Notes: generated by a model not told the origin, from the sequence alone. A DNA stretch of 63,970 nucleotides, filler included, from Babesia bigemina (GCF_000981445.1; 15 parts of 15 records of this genome joined end to end with filler, not necessarily neighbours in it), one strand, 5' to 3'. Positions 22,131 to 35,780 are shown, counted from the first letter of the whole stretch. A program made the numbers and translations.

Positions 22131-25065
22131 GTTGATGGTCACAGCAGCGATGATATGGTCACGGCAGCGATGACAGTTGATGGTCACGGCAGCGATGATA
22201 TGGTCACGGCAGCGATGACAGTTGATGGTCACGGCAGCGATGACAGTTGATGGTCACGGCAGCGATGACAGTTGATGGTCACGGCAGCGATGACAGTTGA
22301 TGGTTACGGCAGCGATGACAGTTGATGGTTACGGCAGCGATGACTGGTTACGGCAGCGATGACATGGTTACGGCAGCGATGACATGGTTACAGAGCGATG
22401 ACATGGTCACGGCAGCGATGACATGGTTACAGAGCGATGACATGGTTACAGAGCGATGACATGGTCACGGCAGCGATGACAGTTGATGGTCACGGCAGCG
22501 ATGACAGATGATGGTCACGGCAGCGATGACAGTTGATGGTCACGGCAGCGATGACAGTTGATGGTTACGACAGCGATGACATGGTTACGGCAGCGATGAT
22601 ATGGTCACGGCAGCGATGACATGGACACAGCAGCGATGTCTTGGTCACGGCAGCGATGTCTTGGTCACGGCAGCGATGACATGGTCACGGCAGCGATGAC
22701 ATGGACACGGCAGCGATGACATGGTTACTACAGCGATGACATGGACACGGCAGCGATGACAGTTGATGGTTACGACAGCGATGACATGGTTACGGCAGCG
22801 ATGATATGGTCACGGCAGCGATGACATGGACACAGCAGCGATGTCTTGGTCACGGCAGCGATGACAGTTGATGGTCACGGCAGCGATGACAGATGATGGT
22901 CACAGCAGCGATGATATGGTCACGGCAGCGATGACAGTTGATGGTCACGGCAGCGATGACAGATGATGGTCACGGCAGCGATGACAGTTGATGGTCACGG
23001 CAGCGATGACAGTTGATGGTCACGGCAGCGATGACAGTTGATGGTTACGGCAGCGATGACAGTTGATGGTTACGGCAGCGATGACTGGTTACGGCAGCGA
23101 TGACATGGTTACGGCAGCGATGACATGGTTACAGAGCGATGACATGGTCACGGCAGCGATGACATGGTTACAGAGCGATGACATGGTTACAGAGCGATGA
23201 CATGGTCACGGCAGCGATGACATGGACACGGCAGCGATGACATGGTCACGGCAGCGATGACACAAGTCACGGCAGCGATGACATGGTCACGGCAGCGATG
23301 ACACAAGTCACGGCAGCGATGACAGTTGATGGTCACGGCAGCGATGACAGATGATGGTCACAGCAGCGATGATATGGTCACGGCAGCGATGACAGTTGAT
23401 GGTCACGGCAGCGATGACAGTTGATGGTCACGGCAGCGATGACAGTTGATGGTTACGGCAGCGATGACAGTTGATGGTTACGGCAGCGATGACAGTTGAT
23501 GGTTACGGCAGCGATGACAGTTGATGGTTACGGCAGCGATGACTGGTTACGGCAGCGATGACATGGTTACGGCAGCGATGACAGTTGATGGTTACGACAG
23601 CGATGACATGGACACGGCAGCGATGACAGTTGATGGTTACGGCAGCGATGACTGGTTACGGCAGCGATGACATGGTTACAGAGCGATGACATGGTTACAG
23701 AGCGATGACATGGTCACGGCAGCGATGACATGGACACGGCAGCGATGACATGGTCACGGCAGCGATGACACAAGTCACGGCAGCGATGACATGGTCACGG
23801 CAGCGATGACATGGTTACGGCAGCGATGACACAAGTCACGGCAGCGATGACATGGTTACGGCAGCGATGACATGGTCACGGCAGCGATGACATGGACACG
23901 GCAGCGATGACATGGTCACGGCAGCGATGACATGGTTACAGAGCGATGACATGGTTACGGCAGCGATGACAGTTGATGGTTACGGCAGCGATGACTGGTT
24001 ACGGCAGCGATGACATGGTTACGGCAGCGATGACATGGTTACAGAGCGATGACATGGTCACGGCAGCGATGACATGGTTACAGAGCGATGACATGGTTAC
24101 AGAGCGATGACATGGTCACGGCAGCGATGACATGGACACGGCAGCGATGACATGGTTACGGCAGCGATGACACAAGTCACGGCAGCGATGACATGGTCAC
24201 GGCAGCGATGACACAAGTCACGGCAGCGATGACATGGTTACGGCAGCGATGACATGGTCACGGCAGCGATGACATGGACACGGCAGCGATGACATGGTTA
24301 CTACAGCGATGACATGGACACGGCAGCGATGACAGTTGATGGTTACGGCAGCGATGATATGGTCACGGCAGCGATGACATGGACACAGCAGCGATGTCTT
24401 GGTCACAGCAGCGATGTCTTGGTCACAGCAGCGATGTCTTGGTCACGGCAGCGATGTCTTGGTCACGGCAGCGATGACATGGTCACGGCAGCGATGACAT
24501 GGACACGGCAGCGATGACATGGTTACTACAGCGATGACATGGACACGGCAGCGATGACAGTTGATGGTTACGGCAGCGATGACTGGTTACGGCAGCGATG
24601 ACATGGTTACGGCAGCGATGACATGGTTACAGAGCGATGACATGGTCACGGCAGCGATGACATGGTTACAGAGCGATGACATGGTTACAGAGCGATGACA
24701 TGGTCACGGCAGCGATGACAGTTGATGGTCACGGCAGCGATGACAGATGATGGTCACGGCAGCGATGACAGTTGATGGTCACGGCAGCGATGACAGTTGA
24801 TGGTTACGACAGCGATGACATGGTTACGGCAGCGATGACATGGTCACGGCAGCGATGACAGTTGATGGTTACGGCAGCGATGACTGGTCACGGCAGCGAT
24901 GACTGGTTACGGCAGCGATGACATGGTCACGGCAGCGATGACATGGTCACGGCAGCGATGACATGGTTACGGCACCGATGACATGGTTACGGCACCGATG
25001 ACATGGTTACGGCACCGATGACATGGTTACGGCACCGATGACATGGTTACGGCAGCGATGACAGT
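22131..25065 (+). repeat. Long repeat B array (~2.9 kb) with 19-, 20- and 25-bp variants
   Basis: ACATGGTYACGGCAGCGATG, ACAGTTGATGGTCACGGCAGCGATG and ACATGGTTACAGAGCGATG units. Confidence 0.97.
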
Positions 25066-25089
25066 GGTGACCTAAGTGGTATTTGTCAT

Positions 25090-25385
25090 CCACTCCACAT
25101 CGCTCCTTTATCCACCCTACATCGCCCCTTAACCCACTCTACATCGCCCCTTAACCCACTCCACATCGCTCCCTAACCCACTCTACATCGCTCCCTAACC
25201 CACTCTACATCGCTCCCTAACCCACTCTACATCGCTCCTTTATCCACTCTACATCGCTCCCTTACCCACTCCACATCGCTCCTTTGTCCACTCTACATCG
25301 CTCCCTAACCCACTCCACATCGCCCCTTAACCCACTCTACATCGCTCCTTAACCCACTCTACATCGCTCCTTTACCCACTCTACA
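25090..25385 (+). repeat. ~22-bp tandem repeat C
   Basis: Directly visible. Confidence 0.95.
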
Positions 25386-25530
25386 AACCTCGAATTACCT
25401 CGCCATAATACCGCTATGACCTCTATAAACCATCCTAATAACTTGTGCCTTGTCACCCTTCACTTCCTTCCACCTCTTGCCACTGCCAAGTCCCATCATG
25501 TTCACCCTAACTCCAAATCTCTCGAATTAC

Positions 25531-25894
25531 CTCGAGCACGATTGCCACAAGGACAAGACCCAGGACAAGAGCTCCTGGACCACGCACAACCCCCTCGCCA
25601 GGGCGTACTCCTCCGAGCAGCACGGCGCGGTGCCCAAGTTCAAGGCGGCCACCAGCATGGGCGGCAGCCACAAGCCCGAGTACAACTCGCTGTGCACTAA
25701 GTGCATGCCGGACGAGGACCGTATCACCCGGGGTTTCAAGGGTCTGCTGATCCAGACCCCGATCTTCAAGTACGTGAAGGACCCCAAGCAGCCGGGCAAG
25801 GAGTCGCAGCCCACCTTCGACCGGTCGTTCCTCATCCACGAGACCGCGCTGGTGGACGGGAAGAGCATCACCGACGTGTACGACCTGCACAGCA
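25531..25894 (+). CDS. Non-ves, GC3-rich coding fragment, probably the N-terminal region of a calcium-dependent protein kinase (CDPK) just before the kinase domain
   Basis: Almost all codons end in C/G. The end FDRSFLIHETALVDGKSITDVYDLHS resembles, from memory, the segment before the GxGxxG loop in apicomplexan CDPKs. The kinase domain itself is beyond the contig end. Confidence 0.5.
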
Positions 25895-26006
25895 NNNNNN
25901 NNNNNNNNNNNNNNNNNNNNNNNNNNNNNNNNNNNNNNTTAATTAATTAANNNNNNNNNNNNNNNNNNNNNNNNNNNNNNNNNNNNNNNNNNNNTTGAGA
26001 TTGTCG

Positions 26007-26242
26007 CCTGACCAAGGGGTGACCAACCACCTGACCAAGCACCTGACCAGAGTGGTGACCAACGTGATGACCAAGGTGATGACCAATGCCATGACCAAGG
26101 TGGTGACCAAAGTGCTGACCAAACTGGTGACCAATGCCACGACCAGAGTGGTGACCAAAGTGGTGACCAATGTGCTGATCAACGTGCTGACCAATGCCAT
26201 GACCAAGGTGCTGACCAAGGTGGTAACCAACGTGGTGACCAA
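26007..26242 (+). repeat. 12-bp tandem repeat A
   Basis: Directly visible. Confidence 0.93.
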
Positions 26243-26450
26243 GTTGATGGTCACGGCAGCGATGACATGGACACGGCAGCGATGACATGGACACGGCAGC
26301 GATGACATGGTCACGGCAGCGATGACATGGACACGGCAGCGATGACATGGTCACGGCAGCGATGAGATGGTCACGGCAGCGATGACATGGTCACGGCAGC
26401 GATAACATGGTCACGGCAGCGATGATTGGTTACGGCAGCGATGACATGGT
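26243..26450 (+). repeat. 20-bp tandem repeat B
   Basis: Directly visible. Confidence 0.93.
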
Positions 26451-26471
26451 GACCCGAGTGGTATTTATCAT

Positions 26472-27754
26472 CCACTCTACATCGCCCCTTTATCCACTCT
26501 ACATCGCCCCTTTACCCACTCTACATCGCCCCTTTATCCACTCTACATCGCCCCTTTATCCACTCTACATCGCTCCTTTATCCACCCTTCATCGCTCCCT
26601 AACCCACTCTACATCGCTCCTTTACCCACTCTACATCGCTCCTTTACCCACTCCACATCGCTCCCTAACCCACTCCACATCGCTCCCTAACCCACTCCAC
26701 ATCGCCCCTTAACCCACTCTACATCGCTCCTTAACCCACTCTACATCGCTCCTTTAGCCACTCTACATCGCTCCCTAACCCACTCCACATCGCCCCTTAA
26801 TCCACTCCACATCGCTCCCTAACCCACTCTACATCGCTCCCTAACCCACTCTACATCGCTCCTTTACCCACTCCACATCGCTCCCTAACCCACTCCACAT
26901 CGCTCCCTAACCCACTCCACATCGCCCCTTAACCCACTCTACATCGCTCCTTAACCCACTCTACATCGCTCCTTTAGCCACTCTACATCGCTCCCTAACC
27001 CACTCCACATCGCCCCTTTATCCACCTTACATCGCTCCCTAACCCACTCTACATCGCTCCTTTATCCACTCCACATCGCTCCCTAACCCACTCCACATCG
27101 CCCCTTAATCCACTCCACATCGCTCCCTAACCCACTCTACATCGCGCCTTTACCCACTCCACATCGCCCCTTAAACCACCCTACATCGCCCCTTTACCCA
27201 CTCTACATCGCCCCTTAACCCACTCTACATCGCCCCTTTATCCACTCTACATCGCTCCCTAACCCACTCTACATCGCCCCTTTATCCACTCTACATCGCC
27301 CCTTTATCCACTCTACATCGCCCCTTTATCCACTCTACATCGCTCCTTTATCCACTCCACATCGCTCCTTAACCCACTCTACATCGCTCCTTTACCTTCT
27401 CTAATCGCCCCTTTATCCACTCCACATCGCTCCCTAACCCACTCCACATCGCACCTTTACCCACTCTACATCGCCCCTTTGTCCACTCTACATCGCCCCT
27501 TATCCACTCTACATCGCTCCTCTATCCACCCTTCATCGCTTCTTTATCCACTCTACATCGCCCCTTAACCCACTCCACATCGCCCCTTAACCCACTCTAC
27601 ATCGCCCCTTTACCCACTCTACATCGCCCCTTAATCCACTCCACATCGCTCCTTATCCACTCTACATCGCCCCTTCATCCACTCCACATCGCCCCTTATC
27701 CACTCTACATCGCTCCCTAACCCACTCTACATCGCCCCTTAACCCACTCTACAT
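26472..27754 (+). repeat. ~22-bp tandem repeat C
   Basis: Directly visible. Confidence 0.96.
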
Positions 27755-27782
27755 CCTCGAATCACCTCGCCATAATACCGCT

Positions 27783-30700
27783 ATGATTTCTTTAAACCAT
27801 TATAATAACTTGTGCCTTGTCACCCTTCCCTACCCTTCTGACTGAGTCCATCGACTGGTTGATCCAGGTTAGGCATGGGAGTGGTGATAACAAAGGTCTT
27901 ACCAAGTTGTCTCAAGCTTTGAAAAAGTTGATTGAGGAGGCTATAAATAACGCTACTAAGTCCCTCCAAGCCGAAAAATCTAAACTGGAATGCCCTGTTA
28001 AGTATACTGGACATGCCTCTAACTGTGCCTATATTGATACGCTGATTAAGAAGGCTGAAAAATCTAAAAGTTAAAAAATAAGCCTAATAATGGTTTTGAA
28101 AAATCAAAACTTGAACAGTGGAAAAAAGATTGCCAATCTTCCCACTCCCGTCGTTATGATGATGCTACTAAGAAAGCTTTGAATGGCATTTTAGAGCGTG
28201 AGAATCAACTTAAAGATCTTGAAAGTAAGCTTACTAAATTCACTGAGTCACTTGTTAAAACTCCTAATGATAATCTTTTAACGCATTTATGTGACGGCCT
28301 CGAAACCTTCCTCGGCTTCAACTCTACTTCCAAAGGCTACGACGGCAGTGGGATTGTGTACTCTGACCTGGACAGGCTGTGTGACGGGGTGATGGGATTT
28401 TTGAGTGGTGTTCTCAATGCAGTGAAAGATGATGATGCAGTTAGAACGTACGATAAAGATATCAGTGGAGATAAAATTGATACAGTTATTAGCATGTTAC
28501 AATCTTCAATTGGCACCGGGCGTATTGGGCTTGCGGTGTCTGTCGGCGCGGTGAGGGAGTGGTTGGAGGGGTATTGGAAAGAGGTAGATGGAAAAAATAA
28601 GAATGTTACTGACAGCTTAACTAAATTGATCATGAAATTATCTGACAAGTATTTAACAGAAATTAGACAGACGGATAAGCTTCAAGTCCAGTTGACAGCA
28701 TGGATGACTACCATCGGCAACATTGACAGCCAGTTGACTGCAATGGATGCACAACAAGTTGGTGCTTTGGATGTTACATTAAAAGAAAAAATAACGCATG
28801 AAATAAATAGTATTAAAACAGCTGTATTAGTATTACATGACTCAGCAGGGGATGGTGTCTTTGGGTGGCAGGTGAAAGAGGTTGATAACGTGTTGATAAA
28901 CCAAGAGAAGTATCTTGAGAGTGAAATAAGAAATAAATCAATCGAATTCAAAAACGTTTTGACGACACAATTTGATAATCTGTCAAAGCATATTGGCATT
29001 TTGAATAGAGATAAAAACAAACATTTTAAGAATCTCAATAACGTCGTAACAGATGCTCAAAACTTTTTGGAAACGTTTGACAACGAGTATGAATCAGTAG
29101 TGTCCAATGCATTTCAAAAAATTAAAGATGAGATGACAGAAATTAATAACCATGGTGCAGATAAATGCGCCCTTGAATTGCAAGTGGACAAAATAAAATC
29201 GGAACTTCTGTCAGTTGGCACGGTAATACAGAAACATGTTACGGACATGGCAGACAGAATTCGTGAGGTAGAGGGATTGCGGTATGAAGCCGCAGCACAG
29301 GTTACGCAGGTCGTCAGGGATCTTGGATATCATGGCAGTACACAGACAAAGTTTGGTGCAGAACTCGACAAAATTCTGAAAGCCAAACGCGCTATTGAAG
29401 ACGTTCATGAAAACCTTGGCGTGCATCTTGGGAGTTTGCAATCATGGAATCATAAGGCAGGTAGTATTATAGACGAGGGAATCAACAAGTGTAATGAAAT
29501 TACCAAAATAGCAGATGAAAAACCGTCTAGTAGTTCTAAATCTACGAAGATTGGACAGGCTGCCGATAGGCTAAAACAAGATGCCCAGAAGATTTTCGAT
29601 GCAGCCAACAGTGCCAAGCAAGAGGTGACTGGTTTGGTAGATAAATTGCCACAAGAAATTGAACAAGCGGTACGCAACGCTTTAGTACTTGATTTGGGCG
29701 ATCTAAAAGATAAGTGTAAGAAATGGGTTAATGAGTATTTTTCTGGCTTTGGAAATGTGAAATTTGAGAATGCTGCACACCGTACATTGACGATGACCGG
29801 TCTGAATGGTAAAAGCGCTAAATTGAATAATTGGCTAACGACTAATAAGACAACATATGAAAACTCGATGACAAAGGTTGGTCTCAATTTTCTTACAATG
29901 GCCTTACCTAAAACCGGCGAAACAGGCCAGACCGCCTTCGCTGCAATGGGGGAAGATGCGGGAACGAAGATCGAGGATATGTATACAAGTGAGAATATCT
30001 CGGATGCTGGAACAACTCAACTCACGCAGCAATTTAGGTCGAGCAAGGAAGAAGCCATTAAGCAGAAAATCAATCAATTCACAACTAAGGGTATTGTAAA
30101 ACTTACAGAAACTATAGCTGATGGTGGTGGTGCGCAGGACGGTAAATTAAACAGGATGTCTTTCGAGACGCCTTTAGAAACAATTACCAATGAGCTCAAA
30201 GTTTTAACCGACCTGGTTAATAAAAACGAAAAAACCATATTGGACTATGGCAATGTAAAGCACACAGGCGTTAAAACGCTCTTGAATGAACTCAAAGATG
30301 GACTTGGAAATGGTAAAATGGACCACATATTTGAGAATGGGCTCGGCAAAATTAGAGACCGCATTGGTTCTTTTAATGACAGGTTGCCAATTGAAACTAA
30401 AAACATCGAGGCTTCCGTCACCTCAATTATGGAAAACCTTGGGAATGTCATCTCGTCATTGCGCAATACGTTCAATCAAGATGACCTTATGCACAAGCTG
30501 TTGAAAATTAAAACAAAAATCGGTCACGGAACCATAGTAGCTGACAGTGAAAGTCTAGGCCAAGTTCATGCCGAACTTGATAGTCTCAGAACTAAAGAGT
30601 TCACTCCTCAAGCTGCCACAGGTACAATCCAGCAGGCTATCAATACGGTGCTTCGTACTGTGAACAATCTAGAAAGTCTGCCTGCAGCAGTGGACGCTGC

Positions 30701-31527
30701 GAAGAAAATGGCTCTCGAAACAATGGAAGCGTTGAAATTGCAGCTACAAACGAACATCACTTTTATTAGCCAAACCGTTGAACTTGCTTCCGCTGCTTTG
30801 CAGCAGAGCATAGAGGGCTTTCGATCGGCATATACATTAGCCTATAACGAATCTATGGAAGCGGTGGAGGCTTTGAAAGAACACCTACTGATTGCTTCGC
30901 AATCCGCATTCACCCAAGTCACGTACCAAGTCCGATGTCTGTTTGCTGAACACCACAAGTCGGACCTCAAAGCGCTGCAAACGCTGATTAATAAGCAGTT
31001 GGAAACAATTAAGGAACTTATCAATGACGATATGAAGAACGGCGTAAAAGGGTTGATTAGAACTGTTAGCGGCGTCACCCCTGACGGTGCCATTCCTCAT
31101 ACTGGTGACAGACTTAGTCAACTAAAAAGTGTTCTATCAACTCAATCGCCCACAACTAAGCCAACGAAAGAGAACTTCACAAACATGTCACAGAAATTTC
31201 AGAACTACCTTAATCCCATAACAGACTACATCAGCAGGCAACTCATCCCGAAATCCGCCACCACTAGAACTTCAACTCCGGCGTCGCCAACGCAACAACA
31301 AGATGATGCCCCCAAACCACAACCTGCCGGCCGCGTCGGATATTCTGGCCCAGTTGCCACCGCAACCACGTCCGCACCTAAAGATCCCATTGCGGAACAC
31401 TTGGATAGACTTAATTACTATGTTAAAGGAATATTTGACATAATTTCCGCTGGCTACTTCGGTAGATCCTTCGCAACCAAACTAGACGATCTAAACAAGT
31501 TCCTCAGCTCCATGCGCCCCTCAAACT
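27783..31527 (+). pseudogene. ves1: ves1-like gene, 5' two-thirds; 1-nt frameshift near 28068; truncated at 31527 by fusion to repeat E
   Basis: ORFs 27817..28074 and 28179..31622 carry the family motifs. After MRPSN the frame runs into repeat E. Confidence 0.85.
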
Positions 31528-32040
31528 GCAAACATATCAAACACTCAAGCAGCACTCACCAACTGCAACACTACCACTGCCGCTCCCAGTCCCCTCAACC
31601 TGCTAACATATCAGTCACCTAGCAACGCACTCATCAACTACAACACGTACCACTGTCCCTCCCAGTCCCCTCAACCTGCAAGCATATCAATCACCTAGCA
31701 AGCACTTACCAACTACAACACGTACCACTGTTCCTCCCAGTCCCCTCAACCTGCAAACATATCAATCACCTAGCAAGCACTCACCAACTGCAACACTACC
31801 ACTGCCGCTCCCAGTCCCCTCAACCTGCTAACATATCAGTCACCTAGCAACGCACTCATCAACTACAACACGTACCACTGTTCCTCCCAGTCCCCTCAAC
31901 CTGCAAGCATATCAATCACCTAGCAAGCACTTACCAACTGCAACACTACCACTGCCGCTCCCAGTCCCCTCAACCTGCGAACATGTCAATCACCTAGCAA
32001 CGCACTCACCAACTGCAACACTACCACTGCCGCTCCCAGT
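31528..32040 (+). repeat. ~75-bp tandem repeat E (CCCAGTCCCCTCAACCTGCAAACATATCAATCACCTAGCAAGCACTCACCAACTGCAACACTACCACTGCCGCT)
   Basis: Units start at 31585, 31661, 31736 and 31810. Confidence 0.93.
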
Positions 32041-32560
32041 CCTTTCATCAACACTCACTCTCACCCCTGTATCCCCCCAGCCCAGGCCACCGACACCCAC
32101 GCTGCCCGGGATACCACGGCTGCCCTGACGCGGCGCATGTCATCAGCACCAACTGTCAGTCTAAATTATTCACCATTCGCAATGCCATTAAAATTGCAGC
32201 GAACCCCGTGCGCTCAACTCCCACAGTGCAGCAGCACCGTGCTACGAGCCGCGGTATCGGCGCCATGCTGGCGGAGCGTGTCGGCTACGTGCCTAAATGT
32301 GATACTAACAATTGCTACATTGCCGCCTATAAATGCCATTAACCAGGCCAACGCGGATAACGCCACCCTGCCGGTGACTCGCAACACACGACTTAGGTCA
32401 CCCGCCGCGGCCCTCACGACCGCCTACGTTAGCGACCAATCACCCAGCCTCACGTGACAATTACTCAATGGGCAACGCGGACACCTCTCACAGTCAACGC
32501 ACAGCTCAACGCAACAATAAATCAACGTGCTACAACACCCGCCAAATTACGGTTCATCCG
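32041..32560. other. Conserved ~500-bp non-coding element U, downstream of B-tail genes (copies at 59828..60348 and, partial and inverted, 42210..42595)
   Basis: Three similar copies, each next to repeat D; contains CCAAT and CACGTG. Confidence 0.8.
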
Positions 32561-32720
32561 CCAGCTTAGCACGTTGCCTGGTTGTTAGGTCAACACTTTG
32601 CCTGGTTGCCAGCTTAGCACTTAGCCTGAGTGCCAGCTTAGCACTTTGCCTGGTTGCTAGGTTAGCCCTTTGCCTGGTTGCTAGGTCAACACTTTGCCTG
32701 GATGCTTGCTCAACACGTTG
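32561..32720 (-). repeat. 24-bp tandem repeat D (CAGGCAAAGTGCTAAGCTRGCACC)
   Basis: Reverse-complement units visible. Confidence 0.9.
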
Positions 32721-32867
32721 CATCGTCGTTCACTCATAACCTAATTTATTTGCTATCTAGTTCCCAGGTTGCCGCTAGAGTAATTCGAGACATTAGACTA
32801 CGTTTGTCGGTTAGGTGAGTAGGTGAGTAGGTAGGTGAGTTGATGTGAGTTACAAACGTGAATACAA

Positions 32868-35680
32868 TTACGGTTGTAGATACGATATCTTGGCAAGCCT
32901 TCCGACTTGCGCTGCTGCCAACAACGACTGCGCCGTAATCTTGTGCGACGACGGTATCCTCAGGTGCGAGCGTATGTGAAGCACATCCAGTCTGCCAACC
33001 ATCACGCAGATGAGGTAGAAGAGGGATAGTGACCAAAGTGCCACGGTCATCCACAAGAAAGGTGCGCGGATGGTGAATATGAAATCATCACATTTGTTGA
33101 AAAGGTTCTGGAAATATGTTGAATTAAGAACGTTGCTCAGTTGAGTGCAGAAGTCGGAGCATTTCTTCATAGTCTTACCCTCATTCAGAGTGTATGGTTC
33201 ACCGAAGCATAAACCGTATTGGTACAAGGTTGCGGAGACACCCTTGCATTGGACTATCGAATCGCATTTGCAAACAGCGTTTGGTTTGTTCTTATCAACA
33301 ACACCGTGAGATCCCTTCTTACAGACATCGCCCCGCAAGCAACCGCGACATCCCCAATCTTGGCAATTGATAGCACAGAATGAATTGTACAAGCTGTTAA
33401 GCAGGTTCCAAAACGTCCACGGTAAGTATGTTACCCATGAGAGGTAGGTGTCAGTATTTTTGTTGGTCATGTAGTAATAGCTGTCGTAGGCAAGCGATGA
33501 CATATAAGGAGCGCAGCGTGCGTCCGCTTCGGTACATGGCATATTCATAGACAAGCTTCTCAAGTCGGCGAACGGACCTAGATGGTCCTTTGCTTGATGC
33601 TTATGCGTGACTGTACCGTATGCCTTTCTAAGCGCTTCTGTAAGTGTACCGGTGTCCTTATACAGCTCGATAGTAAGCTTGGAAATGGATGATTCAAATG
33701 CTGCACTCAATGTTACGATGCCATGATTTTGCTTGCGTTGCTCAGCATTAATACCCCTCATTAGCGACAACACGAAGCTGTGATGCTCCGCAAGCGTTGA
33801 GGGTGGCCTGGGCACGAGACTGAATAGCGATGTATGATACGTGTTGGTGAAGTATTTTTCCAGCACGTCGCATATGTCTCTGCCTGTCCTCGTTTTCCCA
33901 GAAAAGCCTCTAAATCCGAGCGGCGTCAGGCACTGCATCCCGGGTTTATTGCCTGGACAATTAGCGCATTTGGGCCTGCACCCGATGCCACTTAGGGAAT
34001 GCGGTAACAAGCCGGCGAGAGAGTCGTTTAGGTAGGATTGAAGTGGCGATTTTGGTTGGCACGTTGGTTCATCATTTGGTTGGTCATTTGCTTTGTCTTT
34101 TGGATGCCCCTTACATGGCCACTTTGCTGATGAGACGTCCTTGCCGTACTGGCAGCTGGACCAGCCATGGATAACCGTAGGGTAACTGCACTGGTGCATC
34201 AGGAATTTCAGCGGCGGGAACATCCTGCGTAATATGTCGAGCAACATGTCGAGGCAATCGTCGCCTTTCTGCGGATAATAGAAATTATGCGAGTTGTTGC
34301 AATAGTCGCTGGCGTACGTGGTCTCTGCGTCTCCGGTGCCCAGGACTCTGGTCAAGACGTCATACGATTGCGCGCACAGATCGTCAAGCGACGTGACAAT
34401 GCCTTGATAGTTTATGGCGTGAGGCGCTGCATCAATGAAGTTTCTGTCAACTTGCATCATAATGATCTCGTCCTCGGCGTTTCCTTTCTCAGGATCTTCG
34501 AAGAGCTCAGTGATCGTCTCGCTTACCATCTTTGAACGCACGTCATTATAATGCAAACCAGCGCACCAAACAAGCATCTCGTACACGGAACATGGATTAC
34601 GTTTAGCGGTGAAAGTTGCCATGTGACCAACGGTGTAGTACGTTTCGAGGTGGTGATGGAGGCAGTTGAGAACGTCGAGGACGTGGAAGTTATCTTTTTT
34701 CTTCTTCTTACCGTCCTCGTCTTCTTTGTTTGATTCACATTTCTCGAAATGCTGTTTAATATCATCCGTGTTTTGAAGTTTCCTTTTTAGGTTATTCAGT
34801 ATATGGTTGCCTATCATGCCTTCATGACGCCTCAACTCGCCATCTTGAGATTTATCATCCTTGGCCACTTTGTAACCACAACCGGTTAAAAACGAACCGA
34901 GACCACTAATACGATGTATTTGTTTGCCATTCCATTGTACTTCACATTTCTCTCTCAGCGTCTTTAAGTCTCCAACTAGCGTCTCAAGCAGGGTGAGGAA
35001 GGCTTTGGCGCAGTTCCTGCTATTGACGTCCCAGTTAAACGTATACGCCGCGGTATCATACACCGATATATACGCCTTATTAAGTTCATGAGTCAGAGAC
35101 CGGATGCCGCGGCTGAGAATGTCGAATAGTGGACTGCCAATACCTGCGAAGTTTGAGGGGCGCATGGAGCTGAGGAACTTGTTTAGATCGTCTAGTTTGG
35201 TTGCGAAGGATCTACCGAAGTAGCCAGCGGAAATTATGTCAAATATTCCTTTAACATAGTAATTAAGTCTATCCAAGTGTTCCGCAATGGGATCTTTAGG
35301 TGCGGACGTGGTTGCGGTGGCAACTGGGCCAGAATATCCGACGCGGCCGGCAGGTTGTGGTTTGGGGGCATCATCTTGTTGTTGCGTTGGCGACGCCGGA
35401 GTTGAAGTTCTAGTGGTGGCGGATTTCGGGATGAGTTGCCTGCTGATGTAGTCTGTTATGGGATTAAGGTAGTTCTGAAATTTCTGTGACATGTTTGTGA
35501 AGTTCTCTTTCGTTGGCTTAGTTGTGGGCGATTGAGTTGATAGAACACTTTTTAGTTGACTAAGTCTGTCACCAGTATGAGGAATGGCACCGTCAGGGGT
35601 GACGCCGCTAACAGTTCTAATCAACCCTTTTACGCCGTTCTTCATATCGTCATTGATAAGTTCCTTAATGTTCCAACGCT
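32868..35680 (-). CDS. ves1: ves1-like gene, 3' half, B-type tail (AKISYLQP)
   Basis: 925-aa ORF with PCSVYEMLVWC, CQPKSPLQSYL, CLTPLGFRGF and TM FLWMTVALWSLSLFYLICVMVG. Confidence 0.92.
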
Positions 35681-35780
35681 NNNNNNNNNNNNNNNNNNNN
35701 NNNNNNNNNNNNNNNNNNNNNNNNTTAATTAATTAANNNNNNNNNNNNNNNNNNNNNNNNNNNNNNNNNNNNNNNNNNNN

